Shown here: piece after piece, positions 50,412 through 51,226 of the stretch | Numbering within the stretch: the stretch's first letter is position 1 | Layout of the letters: every line of letters begins with the position of its first letter | Origin: an uncultured bacterium | GTDB lineage: Bacteria > Fidelibacterota > Marinisomatia > Marinisomatales > CAZVFT01 | DNA length: 51,226 nt | Direction of reading: 5' to 3' | NCBI GenBank assembly: GCA_964626495.1 | Contig: CAZVFT010000003.1 | Span: 1,995-53,220, forward strand | Made by a program: the position numbers and the translations under genes | Notes under the pieces: generated by a model | The model's database searches: none | What the model was told of the DNA's origin: nothing | What the model saw: only the letters and a program-made list of their open reading frames with translations

Positions 50412-51226
50412 ATGATGAAAATTACTAGAATTTCAACCGTGTTATTTTTCTTTATTTTTATGCAGTTTTCCTATGGGAGCGATGCTGTTGCTACAATTAC
50501 TAAAGTGCTTGGTCTTGTTCAAGTCAAAGGATCGACAGGTCCTTCATTTGATTCCGCAAAAGCTGGTCAGATGGTTTATTCAGGAGATTACATAAAAGTT
50601 GGTGATCCTGGATTCTGTATGGTGATTTATTTGGACGATAAAAGTCTTCTGAAGATACGTGAATCGACAGAATTCCAATTTATTGAGTCTGAAAACCTCC
50701 GAACGATCAACATCAACTTAGGGAAAATTCTTACTGATGTTAAAAAGGGGGGGCAGAAAGATTTTCGAATCGAAACTCCTGTATCAGTTTCATCTGTTAA
50801 AGGTACCAAATGGTGGACAATTAGTGATCCAGTAGGGGTTGATCGTTTTTACGGTCTTGAAGGAACCTTAGAAATATTTAACAAAATCAGTGGTCTGTCT
50901 GTATCACTTGATCCAGGGCAGATGACAATGTCTACTGCAACCGGAGAAATTATGACGACCCCTGTCAGTCCTGAGGAGATACCTAAAGATCCAGAGGAAG
51001 AGTTAGAGGAAGAAATTGAAGAAGAAGTCCCAGAAGAAGAAATTGAAGAGGAGGTTCCAGAAGAGGAGATTGAAGAAGAACCGGAAATTAAGATAGAAGA
51101 GGAAGAAGTCCCTGAAGAGGTGGAAATGCTGGAAGAAGTCCCCGAGGAAGTAATTGAAGAGGTGGAAGAAGTGGAAGAAGAGGAACCAGCGCCAGAACCA
51201 GAGAAAGAAGGTCCCTTTAACTTGGG
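50412..51226 (+). CDS. Exported FecR-domain protein with Glu-rich linker (3'-partial; absent from the ORF track)
   Basis: MMKITRISTVLFFFIF signal, GD.IKVG, FRIETPVSVSSVKGT, then EEEIEEEVP repeats. Open to the window end. Confidence 0.82.
   Translation, partial: MMKITRISTVLFFFIFMQFSYGSDAVATITKVLGLVQVKGSTGPSFDSAKAGQMVYSGDYIKVGDPGFCMVIYLDDKSLLKIRESTEFQFIESENLRTININLGKILTDVKKGGQKDFRIETPVSVSSVKGTKWWTISDPVGVDRFYGLEGTLEIFNKISGLSVSLDPGQMTMSTATGEIMTTPVSPEEIPKDPEEELEEEIEEEVPEEEIEEEVPEEEIEEEPEIKIEEEEVPEEVEMLEEVPEEVIEEVEEVEEEEPAPEPEKEGPFNL

Overview
Bacterial genomic window, probably FCB superphylum and Marinimicrobia-like (inferred from FlgD/T9SS-type C-terminal domains and gene content). 1-18.3 kb holds a de novo purine cluster (purL-M-Q[+PurS-like tail]-C-E-B-F-D-N-H) followed by carA (in-frame TAG) and carB. 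Many of its gene junctions carry small selfish-looking modules: a GxxExxY nuclease gene bounded by 25-bp inverted repeats, gene-less CACAGAG hairpin derivatives of the same motif, a HicAB pair, and an internally deleted DUF559 gene bounded by its own inverted repeats. The CACAGAG ends overlap the start and stop codons of several pur genes. 18.3-34.2 kb holds guaB, a 4.65-kb segment with two secreted-protein genes bracketed by a perfect 131-bp repeat from a ParB-like gene (giving two alternative C-termini), a phosphorylase-GT2-ParB-like cluster, ppdK, a DprA-like gene, an aminotransferase and a beta-helix protein. 34.4-38.2 kb holds rpsT followed by an integrase-less, integron-like cassette array (NucS-like nuclease, HigBA, Fic pseudogene) with decaying attC sites. 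38.2-51.2 kb holds DnaQ-DinG, UbiA-ferredoxin-geranylgeranyl reductase, an NSS transporter, RidA, gcvPB, alaS and a partial FecR-domain gene. Short 18-24 bp elements, mostly palindromic, are inserted in frame in carB, gcvPB and other genes. All assignments come from motif recognition; no database searches were run.
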